DNA from: Candidatus Latescibacterota bacterium
GTDB taxonomy: Bacteria > Latescibacterota > UBA2968 > UBA8231
Length of the DNA stretch: 64,000 bases
Reading direction: 5' to 3'
Assembly (NCBI GenBank): GCA_965217585.1
Contig: OZ244561.1
Span: forward strand, 5,536,001 to 5,600,000
Position 1 is the first letter of the stretch. Every line of letters starts with the position of its first letter. Positions 46,681 through 54,994 of the stretch are shown piece after piece. The notes beneath the pieces were generated by a model. That model was given only the letters and a program-made list of their open reading frames with translations, was not told where the DNA came from and made no database searches. The position numbers and the translations under genes are program-made.

Positions 46681-49476
46681 TTAATAGTCCCAACCAAAGA
46701 AGAAATCCCAGCGCGTGTCGCCGTCTATGGACTTGAAGTCTGTGCGCCGCGCCGCATCCACGCGAAAGACGAAAACCCCGCCCAAGGCCAAGCGCACCCC
46801 CGCGCCCAACGCCGCGCGCCATTGGTCGAAATCGTCGTTCCACGCATTGCCCACGTCGAAAAAGAGCGCGCCCCGAAAGGCGCTAAACTCCATGGCTCCA
46901 AACGGAAAGTGGAGCAAGAACCGATCGACTAAGGGAAAGCGCAACTCTTGGTTGTACAGCACCATCTTGCTGCCCCACAGCGAGCGCCAGCGATAGCCCC
47001 GCAGCGTCCAACTGCCCCCCAAGGAGAAGAACTCGGGCACCGCGCCAGTGGAGCGTCGGCCCATCAGGCGCACGGCTACCGCGCTGCGCTGCGAGAGGCG
47101 AAAGTAGTGCCGGTAGTCGCCAAAGAGCGTGATATTGAACCGCCGCGAGGTCTTAAAGTCGATCGTCTGCGCCAGCCCAAAGCTGTAGCGTCGGCCTTCC
47201 AGCGGCCCGGTCGGAATCCACAGGCTGCTGTCGTGGGTATAGCTGAAGTAGTTGTTGGCCAGCCAGCCCGACAGCTTCCGCCCCTCGAATTGCCGGTCGA
47301 TATCGGCGTGGCGCAGCGAGAGCCGGGTGTCGATGCGGTCGTGCTGGGAAAAGGGATAGCTCAACCCAATGTGGGCACCCAAACGCTCTTCGCGCACAAA
47401 CCGGCCAAAGCGGCTCGAAAAGCGGTCGTTGAGCCGGAACGCGCCCCAATACACGTTGATCCGCTGGCCGAGGTGGAGGCGCGTAAAGGCCATGTTCAGG
47501 CCGTCGAAGAAGCCAGATCGGCTGTCGGCAAGGTGCGAAAGCACGAAGTGGTACTGGTCGTTGCCCAGCACGTCGCTCAGGGCCACTTGGATGCCGCCCG
47601 AGGTGCCAAATTCCGGGTCCTGCGAGATCTGGCCTTGGGCTATGTCGAGGCTCATCTTGCGCTCATAGGGCCGGATGGCGACCTCGCTCTGGCCGTGCAG
47701 GCCCGCTAGCGACCACGGCTCGGCCGGTGCTTCCTCCACGCGCTGGTAGCTGACCTGCGCGCTGTCGGCCCAATCCACGGCGAGCTCGTAGATTTGGAAA
47801 CCCCCACTCTCATATCCGGAAAAGAGCAGGCGCTGGCCGTCGGCCAAGAGCACCGGATCAAACGCACCCGTCAACACGTGGGTCAACCGCCGGGTCGCCG
47901 TGCGTTCGCCCGCTAGCTGCAAGGCATAGATGTTGTACGCGCCAGCACGGTCGGAGCTAAAGACGATGCGCTCGCCGTCCGGAGACCAGCGCGGCTGCCC
48001 GTCGTTGTGCTCGCCGTGGCTGAGGGCCGAAATCTGCTCAGTCGCCAAATCGTACAGGAACAGGTTGTAGCGGCCGCGCCTCCCACCGGTCCAGCGGTCG
48101 GAGCTAAAGACGATTCGCTCGCCGTCCGGAGACCAATCGGGCTCGCGGTCGTGATAGATGTCGCGGCGCAAGGCGCGGAGGCTATCGCCTGTCACATCGA
48201 CCAGATAAATGTCGGTCCAGCCTCCTTCGTCGCTGCCGGCAAAGGCCAGCCGCTGCCCGTCGGGCGCAAACGACGGCGACGCAATCGCGACGATCTCGGC
48301 AAACGACAGATCCGCCACCGCGCGCTTTTGTTCCACATCCCAGATGTACAGGTGATCGCGACCCCGGCTCTTGGCCGCAAACGCCAGCCACTTGCCGTCC
48401 GGGGAGGCGGCCAGCCGCGTCGAGAGCGGGTGCAGGGACTCAAAAACCGGTAGGCGCTCGCCTTCGACTATGACCTCCGGCGCACTATCATCATCGCGGC
48501 GCGCGCGGACGATCTGCGTATAGCCTTGACTGTTGCGGAAGTGGTAGAACGCGCTGCTATCTTCGGGGACGATTTCGGGCTTGATGTTAAAGCCGCGCTG
48601 CGTGCGGGCGGTGGCCAATTCGGACGGGGGATCGCGGTCGGCAATCGCCGGCAGGTGGCGCTTGTGCAGGTGGTATTGCCACGCCTGATCGAACTTGTCC
48701 AAGCTCTCGCCGGTGGTGATCGCAAAAATCTCGGCGAAGGTCTCGCCGCGCCACCAGTTGGCAAAGAGCTGTTCGAACACGTCGGCTCCGTGCCGCGCCG
48801 CCATAAAGTGGCAGATCGACTCGCCTTCCTTGTACATCTGATAGGTGCCGTAGATGCGGTACATCTCGGCGATGGACACCAGCCGCCGCGCAAAGAGCGC
48901 GTCGCGCACCACCATGTCGCCAAAGCTGTTGCGCTCGCTCGACCAGTACTCGGCCAGCCCTTCGGAAAACCACAGGGGGGCCGGGCGGAAATCCAACACC
49001 CCGTGCTGCGACAATACCCGCGCAATCCGGTCAAACGTGAAGACGTGGACTAACTCGTGGTGCAGCACCCGCTCGAATTCGGGCAGGGAGCCGCTCAGCG
49101 GCAGCGCGACCCGCCCCTTGAGGTATTCGGTGAAACCCGCTACCCCCTCGGGCAGGAGATTGGGGATGATATTGGTCTGTTCAAAGTAGATGTGCGAGGA
49201 ATAGACCACCAGCGGCACCCGCCGTTGCACCGTGTGGGCGAACTTCTTTTCCAAGTCGACAAACTGGCGCTCGGCCATCTGCGCGGCATACGCGGCCAGC
49301 TCGGCCTCTTCGGCAAAGAAGTACACGTCAAAGTGCGCGGTCTCCATTTTCCGCCACGCGAACTCCGCGTACTGCACCTTGTTGCGGCCAAAGCCCTGGC
49401 CGACGGCGGCCGAGGCCACCAGCACCCAAGCGAGCGCGACCCAGGCCAAGCCGCGCATGGCGATCCTCTCTACCAC
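46681..49476 (-). CDS. Omp85-family protein with N-terminal zinc peptidase and TolB-like PD40 propeller
   Basis: FGRNKVQY, HELVH...WFSEGLAEY, several P.WSPDG repeats, LRGY, FFDVGNAW, terminal FFFGWDY. Confidence 0.88.
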   Translation of the reverse strand: MVERIAMRGLAWVALAWVLVASAAVGQGFGRNKVQYAEFAWRKMETAHFDVYFFAEEAELAAYAAQMAERQFVDLEKKFAHTVQRRVPLVVYSSHIYFEQTNIIPNLLPEGVAGFTEYLKGRVALPLSGSLPEFERVLHHELVHVFTFDRIARVLSQHGVLDFRPAPLWFSEGLAEYWSSERNSFGDMVVRDALFARRLVSIAEMYRIYGTYQMYKEGESICHFMAARHGADVFEQLFANWWRGETFAEIFAITTGESLDKFDQAWQYHLHKRHLPAIADRDPPSELATARTQRGFNIKPEIVPEDSSAFYHFRNSQGYTQIVRARRDDDSAPEVIVEGERLPVFESLHPLSTRLAASPDGKWLAFAAKSRGRDHLYIWDVEQKRAVADLSFAEIVAIASPSFAPDGQRLAFAGSDEGGWTDIYLVDVTGDSLRALRRDIYHDREPDWSPDGERIVFSSDRWTGGRRGRYNLFLYDLATEQISALSHGEHNDGQPRWSPDGERIVFSSDRAGAYNIYALQLAGERTATRRLTHVLTGAFDPVLLADGQRLLFSGYESGGFQIYELAVDWADSAQVSYQRVEEAPAEPWSLAGLHGQSEVAIRPYERKMSLDIAQGQISQDPEFGTSGGIQVALSDVLGNDQYHFVLSHLADSRSGFFDGLNMAFTRLHLGQRINVYWGAFRLNDRFSSRFGRFVREERLGAHIGLSYPFSQHDRIDTRLSLRHADIDRQFEGRKLSGWLANNYFSYTHDSSLWIPTGPLEGRRYSFGLAQTIDFKTSRRFNITLFGDYRHYFRLSQRSAVAVRLMGRRSTGAVPEFFSLGGSWTLRGYRWRSLWGSKMVLYNQELRFPLVDRFLLHFPFGAMEFSAFRGALFFDVGNAWNDDFDQWRAALGAGVRLALGGVFVFRVDAARRTDFKSIDGDTRWDFFFGWDY

Positions 49477-49483
49477 GCCCCGC

Positions 49484-50353
49484 TCAGCGCAAGTCGCGCA
49501 TAAACGACGGGCTGAGCACGCCGCGCGCCACTTCGGAGACCGGCCCCTTCATCGTCAGATCGTAGCTTGCGCTCACGTCGATGTGCAAGGTTCCGCCCGG
49601 GGCCTTAACCGCAACCGGACTTTTGACCAAGCCCAGCCGCACCGCCGCACTCGCGGCTGCACACGCGGACGATCCCGACGCCTGCGTTTCACCGGCACCG
49701 CGCTCCCATATCAGGATGTAGAGCGCATGGGGCCCTACGGGCACGGCGAGCTGTACGTTGGTGCGCCGAGGGAAGAGCGGATGATTTTCCAACTCCGGCC
49801 CCAAAGAGCGCAGCTCGTCCTCGGTCCACCGAGCACCCTGTTCGCGGAAGAGGACGCAGTGGGGATTGCCGACGCTGACGCCGGTAAAGGTCAAGATCTG
49901 CCCGCCGACATCGATCGGCTGCGCGACCAGCTCTTCGGCTTCCAGCGTGCAGGGCAAGGCTTGCGGCGCAAACGTGGCCCGCCCCATCTGCACCGTGGCG
50001 GTGCTGGCGTCACCATGCTGGTCAATGTGCAATTCGACGCTTACTAGGCCGCCCTCCGTTTCGACGGTGAACTGCTGCTTTTGCACCTGGCCGGTGGTGT
50101 GCAGATAGCGGGCGAATATCCGCAGGCCATTGCCCGACTTTTCCGCCTCGCTGCCGTCGGGATTGTAGATCCGCAGGCCAAAGTCGGCCTTTTGCGACGG
50201 TGCCAGCGCGAGAATGCCGTCGCTGCCCACGCCCCAATGGCGGTCGCAGAGCGCGCGGATATTGTCTGGTGTCAGCTCGAAGCTGAGCGCGGCCGGATCG
50301 ACGGCAATGTAGTCATTGCCGAGGCCGTGCCCCTTGAAAAATGCGTTGTCCAT
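49484..50353 (-). CDS. dapF: Diaminopimelate epimerase (Ser-substituted variant)
   Basis: KGHGLGNDY, GVGSDG, NPDGSEAEKSGNG, VGNPH, WERGAGETQASGS. Confidence 0.88.
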   Translation of the reverse strand: MDNAFFKGHGLGNDYIAVDPAALSFELTPDNIRALCDRHWGVGSDGILALAPSQKADFGLRIYNPDGSEAEKSGNGLRIFARYLHTTGQVQKQQFTVETEGGLVSVELHIDQHGDASTATVQMGRATFAPQALPCTLEAEELVAQPIDVGGQILTFTGVSVGNPHCVLFREQGARWTEDELRSLGPELENHPLFPRRTNVQLAVPVGPHALYILIWERGAGETQASGSSACAAASAAVRLGLVKSPVAVKAPGGTLHIDVSASYDLTMKGPVSEVARGVLSPSFMRDLR

Positions 50354-50450
50354 ACGTGCCCTTTCTCGTTTGTCTTCCAGAACTTAGGCCCCTGTTCAGG
50401 CAGGGTCAAACCGAGTTGCCGAAGGGCGGCTAGCCGGTATATTAGCCATC

Positions 50451-51254
50451 ATGTTGTGCTTAGTCGTCGCCCTCGCAGCCGAGGCGCGGCCGCTGTTGGC
50501 TCCCCACCGCCTCCAAGGCGTGAGCGGCCATCCCTATCGCATCTGCGCGGGCGAGCAGACGCACCTGATCGTCTCTGGCGTCGGTAAAGTAGCCGCAGCA
50601 GCAGCCACCGCGTACCTGCGCGCGCTAATCGGAGATGCGCCAGCGGCTTGGCTCAATATCGGCATCGCCGGTCACGGCAGCCAAGCGGTGGGCACGGCCC
50701 TGCTGGCCCACAAGGTCGTGGATGAGGCTAGCGGCAAGCCCTTTTACCCTACCTTCACCGCACCTCCCCCCTGCCGCACCACTCTGCTGCACACTATAGA
50801 TCGCGTGCAGCCGGCTACCGGCGACGCCGCGTACGACATGGAAGCCAGCGGCTTTTGCGAGACCGCACAGCGCTTTGCCACCAGCGAGCGAATCCACTGC
50901 CTCAAGGTCGTCTCCGACAACCCGCAATCCCCCTATCAGACACTCAATGCGGAAAAAGTGGAGGCGCTAATAGAAGCTCAGCTCGATATGGTCGCCCAAG
51001 TTGGCGAACACCTGCGAGCACTCAGTCAGCAGATACAGGCACTGCACGCCGACCCACCCGGCTTTGCCGAGCTAATCGCCCGCTGGCAGTTTACCGCCAC
51101 GCAACAGCATCAGTTGCGCGGCTTGCTCGCGCGCTGGCAGACCCTTACCGGGGAACCGTTCAGCACCGCCGACGTCCTCGCTTTGTCGAGCCGCGACGCG
51201 GTGCTATATTGCCTTCGAGAGCAATTAAACGCCGTAGAGTTGGTCTTGACCTAA
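50451..51254 (+). CDS. Nucleoside phosphorylase (PNP/MTA) fold protein
   Basis: VSGVGKV.AA, NIGIAG, DMEASGF, KVVSD. Confidence 0.75.
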   Translation: MLCLVVALAAEARPLLAPHRLQGVSGHPYRICAGEQTHLIVSGVGKVAAAAATAYLRALIGDAPAAWLNIGIAGHGSQAVGTALLAHKVVDEASGKPFYPTFTAPPPCRTTLLHTIDRVQPATGDAAYDMEASGFCETAQRFATSERIHCLKVVSDNPQSPYQTLNAEKVEALIEAQLDMVAQVGEHLRALSQQIQALHADPPGFAELIARWQFTATQQHQLRGLLARWQTLTGEPFSTADVLALSSRDAVLYCLREQLNAVELVLT

Positions 51255-51278
51255 CAAGATTCGACGAGGGAAACCACA

Positions 51279-51501
51279 ATGAAGCTGACCATCAACAACT
51301 TTGGCCCACTGGACGATGCGACGATCCACATCGGCGATTTTACCGTCCTCGCTGGCCCCAACAACACCGGCAAGAGTTTCGTGTCGAAATTTCTGTATTC
51401 GCTATTTGATGCCATGAACGCGAACCATGCACTAATGGCTTTTGAAGTCCTAGCACAACCATTAGAAATGTTGTTGCAACTTCTTGAAAAAATTGGACCT
51501 A
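51279..51501 (+). pseudogene. AAA_15/AbiEii-like ABC ATPase, interrupted by IS630 (remnant continues 52641-52662)
   Basis: MKLTINNFGP...LAGPNNTGKS; the frame resumes EGIGEFK after the IS and is then cut by the second IS. Confidence 0.8.
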
Positions 51502-52638
51502 TAGCCGTCCTAAATCATTTAAGTGCCAAATTATATTGGCTTAACTTAGGGAATTGGAAGTATTTTTTCTGTCGAATGCCCTTGACAAATAGGTCTTTAA
51601 TCTGTTCAAAACAGGTGGTCCATACCGCATGGGTACGGACAAAAGTCTTGCCTTTTAACCAGATGTCTTCGACCGGGTTTTCTTGCGGTGTATAGGGCGC
51701 TAATCGCGTACAGCATATCTTCCATTCATCAGGCGGTAGATCGGCCTGCATCGTTTGTAGAAAATCGCGCATGGCCTGTTGGTGATGATAGGACACCCCA
51801 TCCCAAAAGATCAATAACTTTTGTCCGGGACGCTGTTGTTGTAGGTAGCGTATAAAATCGACCGTATAGTGTGCATTGGCCTTGGGATATGGTTGCATGA
51901 GAAAGGTGCCCTTGACTATATCCAACGCCCCATAATAGGTTTGTCGTTGCCGTCCATTTTCAATGGCCACCTCCAGCCGTTGGTCTCGACGCCCCCAGCC
52001 ATAGCCGCAGGCATCGCCCCAGTGTAGATGCGATTCATCGATGAAAAAGGCACTGACTTGACCCGCTTGGAGTTCGGCCTTATGCTCGGTTAGTTTTTTT
52101 TAATCGCTTCGCGTTTAGAAAGCCCCTGTTGGGGATCGGTCTTGGGGTGCCGAGCTTGGGCCTTTTTCCAGCTATAGCCCGCCTGAGCAAGCAGATCGTA
52201 ATAGCTTTGCGATGAGCGAAACACGACCCCAAACTGCGTTTGGATATAGGAGGCTAATGAGGCGACCGAAGGGTGCGACTGGGTCGCTAACCAAGCGTTG
52301 ATTTGGGCGCGCTGATCCGCCGACAAATACGGCTGTGAGCCTTTATAGCCTAAGCGAAAACAAGCGACCCCTTCGGCCAGATAGCGCTGCTTCCACGTAC
52401 TGATGAAGCTCGACTGCACACCGAGAATCGCTTGAATCGCACCTTGTTTAAGCCCCAAAAGCGTCATCTGAACCGCTAACGCCCGTTTCAGTTCGCGGGC
52501 GTCGGGATTGCTCGCGATAAACGCCGATAAAGACGAATCCGAAACCATAGAAAACACTCCTAAAAAAGAACAAGCATGAGAAAACATAGAAGCAAGATAA
52601 GAAAAAACCAAAACCTCTCAAGTCATTTAGGACTGCTA
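51502..52638 (-). mobile_element. IS630-family insertion sequence with TA target duplication
   Basis: Imperfect IRs TAGC(C/A)GTCCTAAAT; TA at 51500-01 and 52639-40; two-ORF transposase. Confidence 0.92.
51515..52548 (-). CDS. IS630 transposase, expressed via a -1 frameshift at an A8 run (52094-52101)
   Basis: HTH ORF ends IKKN*; the -1 frame continues LTEHK...FIDESH...FWDGVSYH...PQENPVEDIW (DDE). Confidence 0.88.
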
Positions 52639-52662
52639 TAGAAGGAATCGGTGAATTTAAGG

Positions 52663-53771
52663 AACTGACGTTACGCAGTTTTCATTTAGTGGTATCTTCA
52701 AGGTATGGACAAACACCTGTTAGAATTATATAGCGATTACCTGCTCAGTTCGTTTGGCGCGACCACGGCGACCGGCTTGTCGGCTTTGGTGGACGGGGCG
52801 GTCAGCCACGATCAGGTCACGCGCTTTCTGTCGGGTGCCGACTATGATGGCCAAACGCTGTGGCAGCAGATCAAGCCGCTGGTGCGCGACATCCAACAGG
52901 AGGATGGGGTACTGATTATAGATGATACGATCCAAGAAAAGCCGCATACGGATGAGAACGACCTGATCTGTTGGCATTATGATCACAGTCAACATCGGTC
53001 GGTCAAAGGCATCAACCTGCTCAACTGCGTGTATCATGCCAGCGGCATGAGTCTGCCGGTGACGTATGCGTTGATCCGCAAACCGATTCTCTTTAGTGAT
53101 GTGCAGACCCGTCAGGTCAAGCGTAAGAGCCTGCACACCAAAAATGAGTTGATGCGCCAGATGTTGCGCACCTGTCAGCACAATCAGTTACAGTATCGCT
53201 ATGTGTTGGCTGATAGCTGGTTTTCGGCCAAAGATAACTTAACCTTCATCCGCCAAACCCTCAAAAAACACTTCGTCGTCGCGCTTAAATCCAATAGGAC
53301 GGTTGCCTTGAGCTATGAAGCCAAACGCCAAGGTGCTTTCACCCGCATAGATGGCTGCGACCTGCCCGAACACCAGCCGGTGCAAGGCTGGATCAAAGGA
53401 CTGGATTTCCCCGTCTTAGTACTCCGCCAGGTCTTTACAAACCAAGACGGCAGCACCGGCACGTTGTATCTGGCGTGTAGCGATCTAACCTGTGATGGCC
53501 CCACCATCGAAGCAATCTACCAGAAACGGTGGAACGTGGAGATCTTTCATAAAACGCTCAAGTCCCATGCCGCCTTAGCCAAGTCGCCGACCAAGCGAGT
53601 ACGCACCCAAAGTAATCACTGTTTTATGGCCCTGTATGCCGCCGGTCGATTGGAGGGCCTGCGAATCAAGCACCAACTCAAGCACTTCGCCCTGCGATCC
53701 AGACTCTATCTCAACGCTATCCGATGTGCTTTTGAGGAGCTACAAACCCTCAAAACTGCGTAACGTCAGTT
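52663..53771 (+). mobile_element. IS701/IS4-like insertion sequence
   Basis: Perfect 20-bp IR AACTGACGTTACGCAGTTTT at 52663-52682 and 53752-53771; no TSD. Confidence 0.9.
52705..53763 (+). CDS. DDE transposase (IS701-like)
   Basis: SHDQVTRFL, LIIDDT, LADSWF, YQKRWNVEIFHKTLK. Confidence 0.92.
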   Translation: MDKHLLELYSDYLLSSFGATTATGLSALVDGAVSHDQVTRFLSGADYDGQTLWQQIKPLVRDIQQEDGVLIIDDTIQEKPHTDENDLICWHYDHSQHRSVKGINLLNCVYHASGMSLPVTYALIRKPILFSDVQTRQVKRKSLHTKNELMRQMLRTCQHNQLQYRYVLADSWFSAKDNLTFIRQTLKKHFVVALKSNRTVALSYEAKRQGAFTRIDGCDLPEHQPVQGWIKGLDFPVLVLRQVFTNQDGSTGTLYLACSDLTCDGPTIEAIYQKRWNVEIFHKTLKSHAALAKSPTKRVRTQSNHCFMALYAAGRLEGLRIKHQLKHFALRSRLYLNAIRCAFEELQTLKTA

Positions 53772-54024
53772 ATTCATGAACATCGATCAGAACGGAACGC
53801 GTTTCCGAGACTAGATGCGGCATGAAGAACTGGATGATCCAGCTTGTCGGACCCGAGGCCTGCAACCAGTCGAGCCCCGGACCATAGACCGCGTAGAAAT
53901 ACGCAGCGAATGGCGAGGCCATGTAAAAGAACTCAAAGGCGATAAGGACATAGAAAGCAAACGATGCCCATAAGGCGCGCCGCGCTTGGATTGTTCCTTT
54001 GCTCTTTTCCGTTTCATTGGTCAT
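53770..54024 (-). pseudogene. Membrane protein 5' fragment truncated by the IS end
   Basis: FYVLIAFEFFYMASPFAAYFY; its stop codon is created at the IS boundary. Confidence 0.6.
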
Positions 54025-54037
54025 GCCAATCAGGGAA

Positions 54038-54054
54038 TGCAATATATATGCCAA
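54038..54054 (-). promoter_or_regulatory. Sigma54 -24/-12 promoter
   Basis: TTGGCATATATATTGCA (GG-N10-GC), ending 13 nt before ATG 54024. Confidence 0.7.
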
Positions 54055-54205
54055 CGTAAATTAACTGAATAATTATACTTATAATACCGTTTTGCTAATC
54101 GTCTGTCCTAATAAGTCTCCCCCAAGAGAAGAGGGTAATTAGGACACTAAAAAGTCAAATCGGTATAACATATTATTTTTATTCGAGATAAAACGTTCTC
54201 CAAAA

Positions 54206-54274
54206 ATAAAAAGCCAGTCTGAATTATTCCCAAAGGACGAGATGCCGTCCCGAGATAATCAGACTGGCTTTTAT
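54206..54274. repeat. Long imperfect hairpin
   Basis: AAAAGCCAGTCTGA(A)TTAT ... ATAATCAGACTGGCTTTT with an inner GGACG/CGTCC stem. Confidence 0.75.
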
Positions 54275-54302
54275 ACTGTTTAGTAATAGGATATTTATGA
54301 TA

Positions 54303-54341
54303 AAAGGTGATATATCGTCTCCAAGGCGATATATCACCTTT
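54303..54341. terminator. Perfect 15-bp inverted repeat (terminator-like) downstream of the fitA-like gene
   Basis: AAAGGTGATATATCG-N9-CGATATATCACCTTT. Confidence 0.6.
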
Positions 54342-54375
54342 ATTCAGGACATCACACGGGTGCCATCTGCGCTTT

Positions 54376-54615
54376 TCACGACGTGTGGAAGGACGCGATC
54401 GTCGCGCGCGGCGGTATGTCCAGTTCCACTCCGTCCAAGGGCGCGAACCGTGCGCGTATGGCTTGTGCCAGATTGGTGGGGGACGCAGCCTCGGTGAGCG
54501 CCGTGCGCAAAATTGCCCGCGCTTCCTCTTCCATCGAGCGGCCGTGCTCGGCCGCTTGGACGCGCAGACGCTGCTTTATGTCCTCGTCGAGGTTGCGGAT
54601 TGTCATGCTGGCCAT
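54376..54615 (-). CDS. FitA-like ribbon-helix-helix antitoxin (orphan)
   Basis: MASMTIRNLDEDIKQRLRVQAAEHGRSMEEEARAIL. Confidence 0.88.
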   Translation of the reverse strand: MASMTIRNLDEDIKQRLRVQAAEHGRSMEEEARAILRTALTEAASPTNLAQAIRARFAPLDGVELDIPPRATIASFHTS

Positions 54616-54632
54616 GTTCTTCACCTCCAATT

Positions 54633-54794
54633 CTAGAAAATCATGTTCCCCGCTCGGGCGATGTCGTTCAGGGCGGCGCAAATAAGACTCCCGTCGCCCT
54701 GATCTTCCTCGGCGCATGCTTCTAGGTAAAGGCGCGCGTCTTCTTGGGTGCGCAGGTGCTCCGTGACATCCCATTTTGTGAACGATTCGGTCAT
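54633..54794 (-). pseudogene. HI1420-type addiction-module antidote, truncated before its HTH
   Basis: FTKWDVTEHLRTQEDARLYLEAC...AALNDIARAGNM, then stop. Confidence 0.75.
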
Positions 54795-54994
54795 GTCTGT
54801 CTCCAGTCCTTCGCCAGCTGTCCAGCGCACCCTTTGAAAGTGACAAGGGGCGACCTTTGGTGTCAAGCAGGATCAGCCCCGAACCTTAACCGAACCGGAG
54901 TGGTCTTGCGGCGCGGATATATCGCGGCGCTGCGTTATTTTTTTCCGGTCTCGGGCATTTATAAGGCGGAGTGCACTCGAAAAAAGGAGTTTCC

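Noticed and set aside
47940-48150. DNA repeat GGTCGGAGCTAAAGACGAT.CGCTCGCCGTCCGGAGACCA
   Set aside because: Explained by tandem PD40 protein repeats (WSPDGERIVFSSDR) within the Omp85 gene.
51279-51695. Intact 138-aa ORF
   Set aside because: After codon ~74 it reads through the IS630 end; it is a truncated ATPase.
54206-54274. attC site or tRNA
   Set aside because: No matching integron core boxes and no cloverleaf or T-loop consensus.
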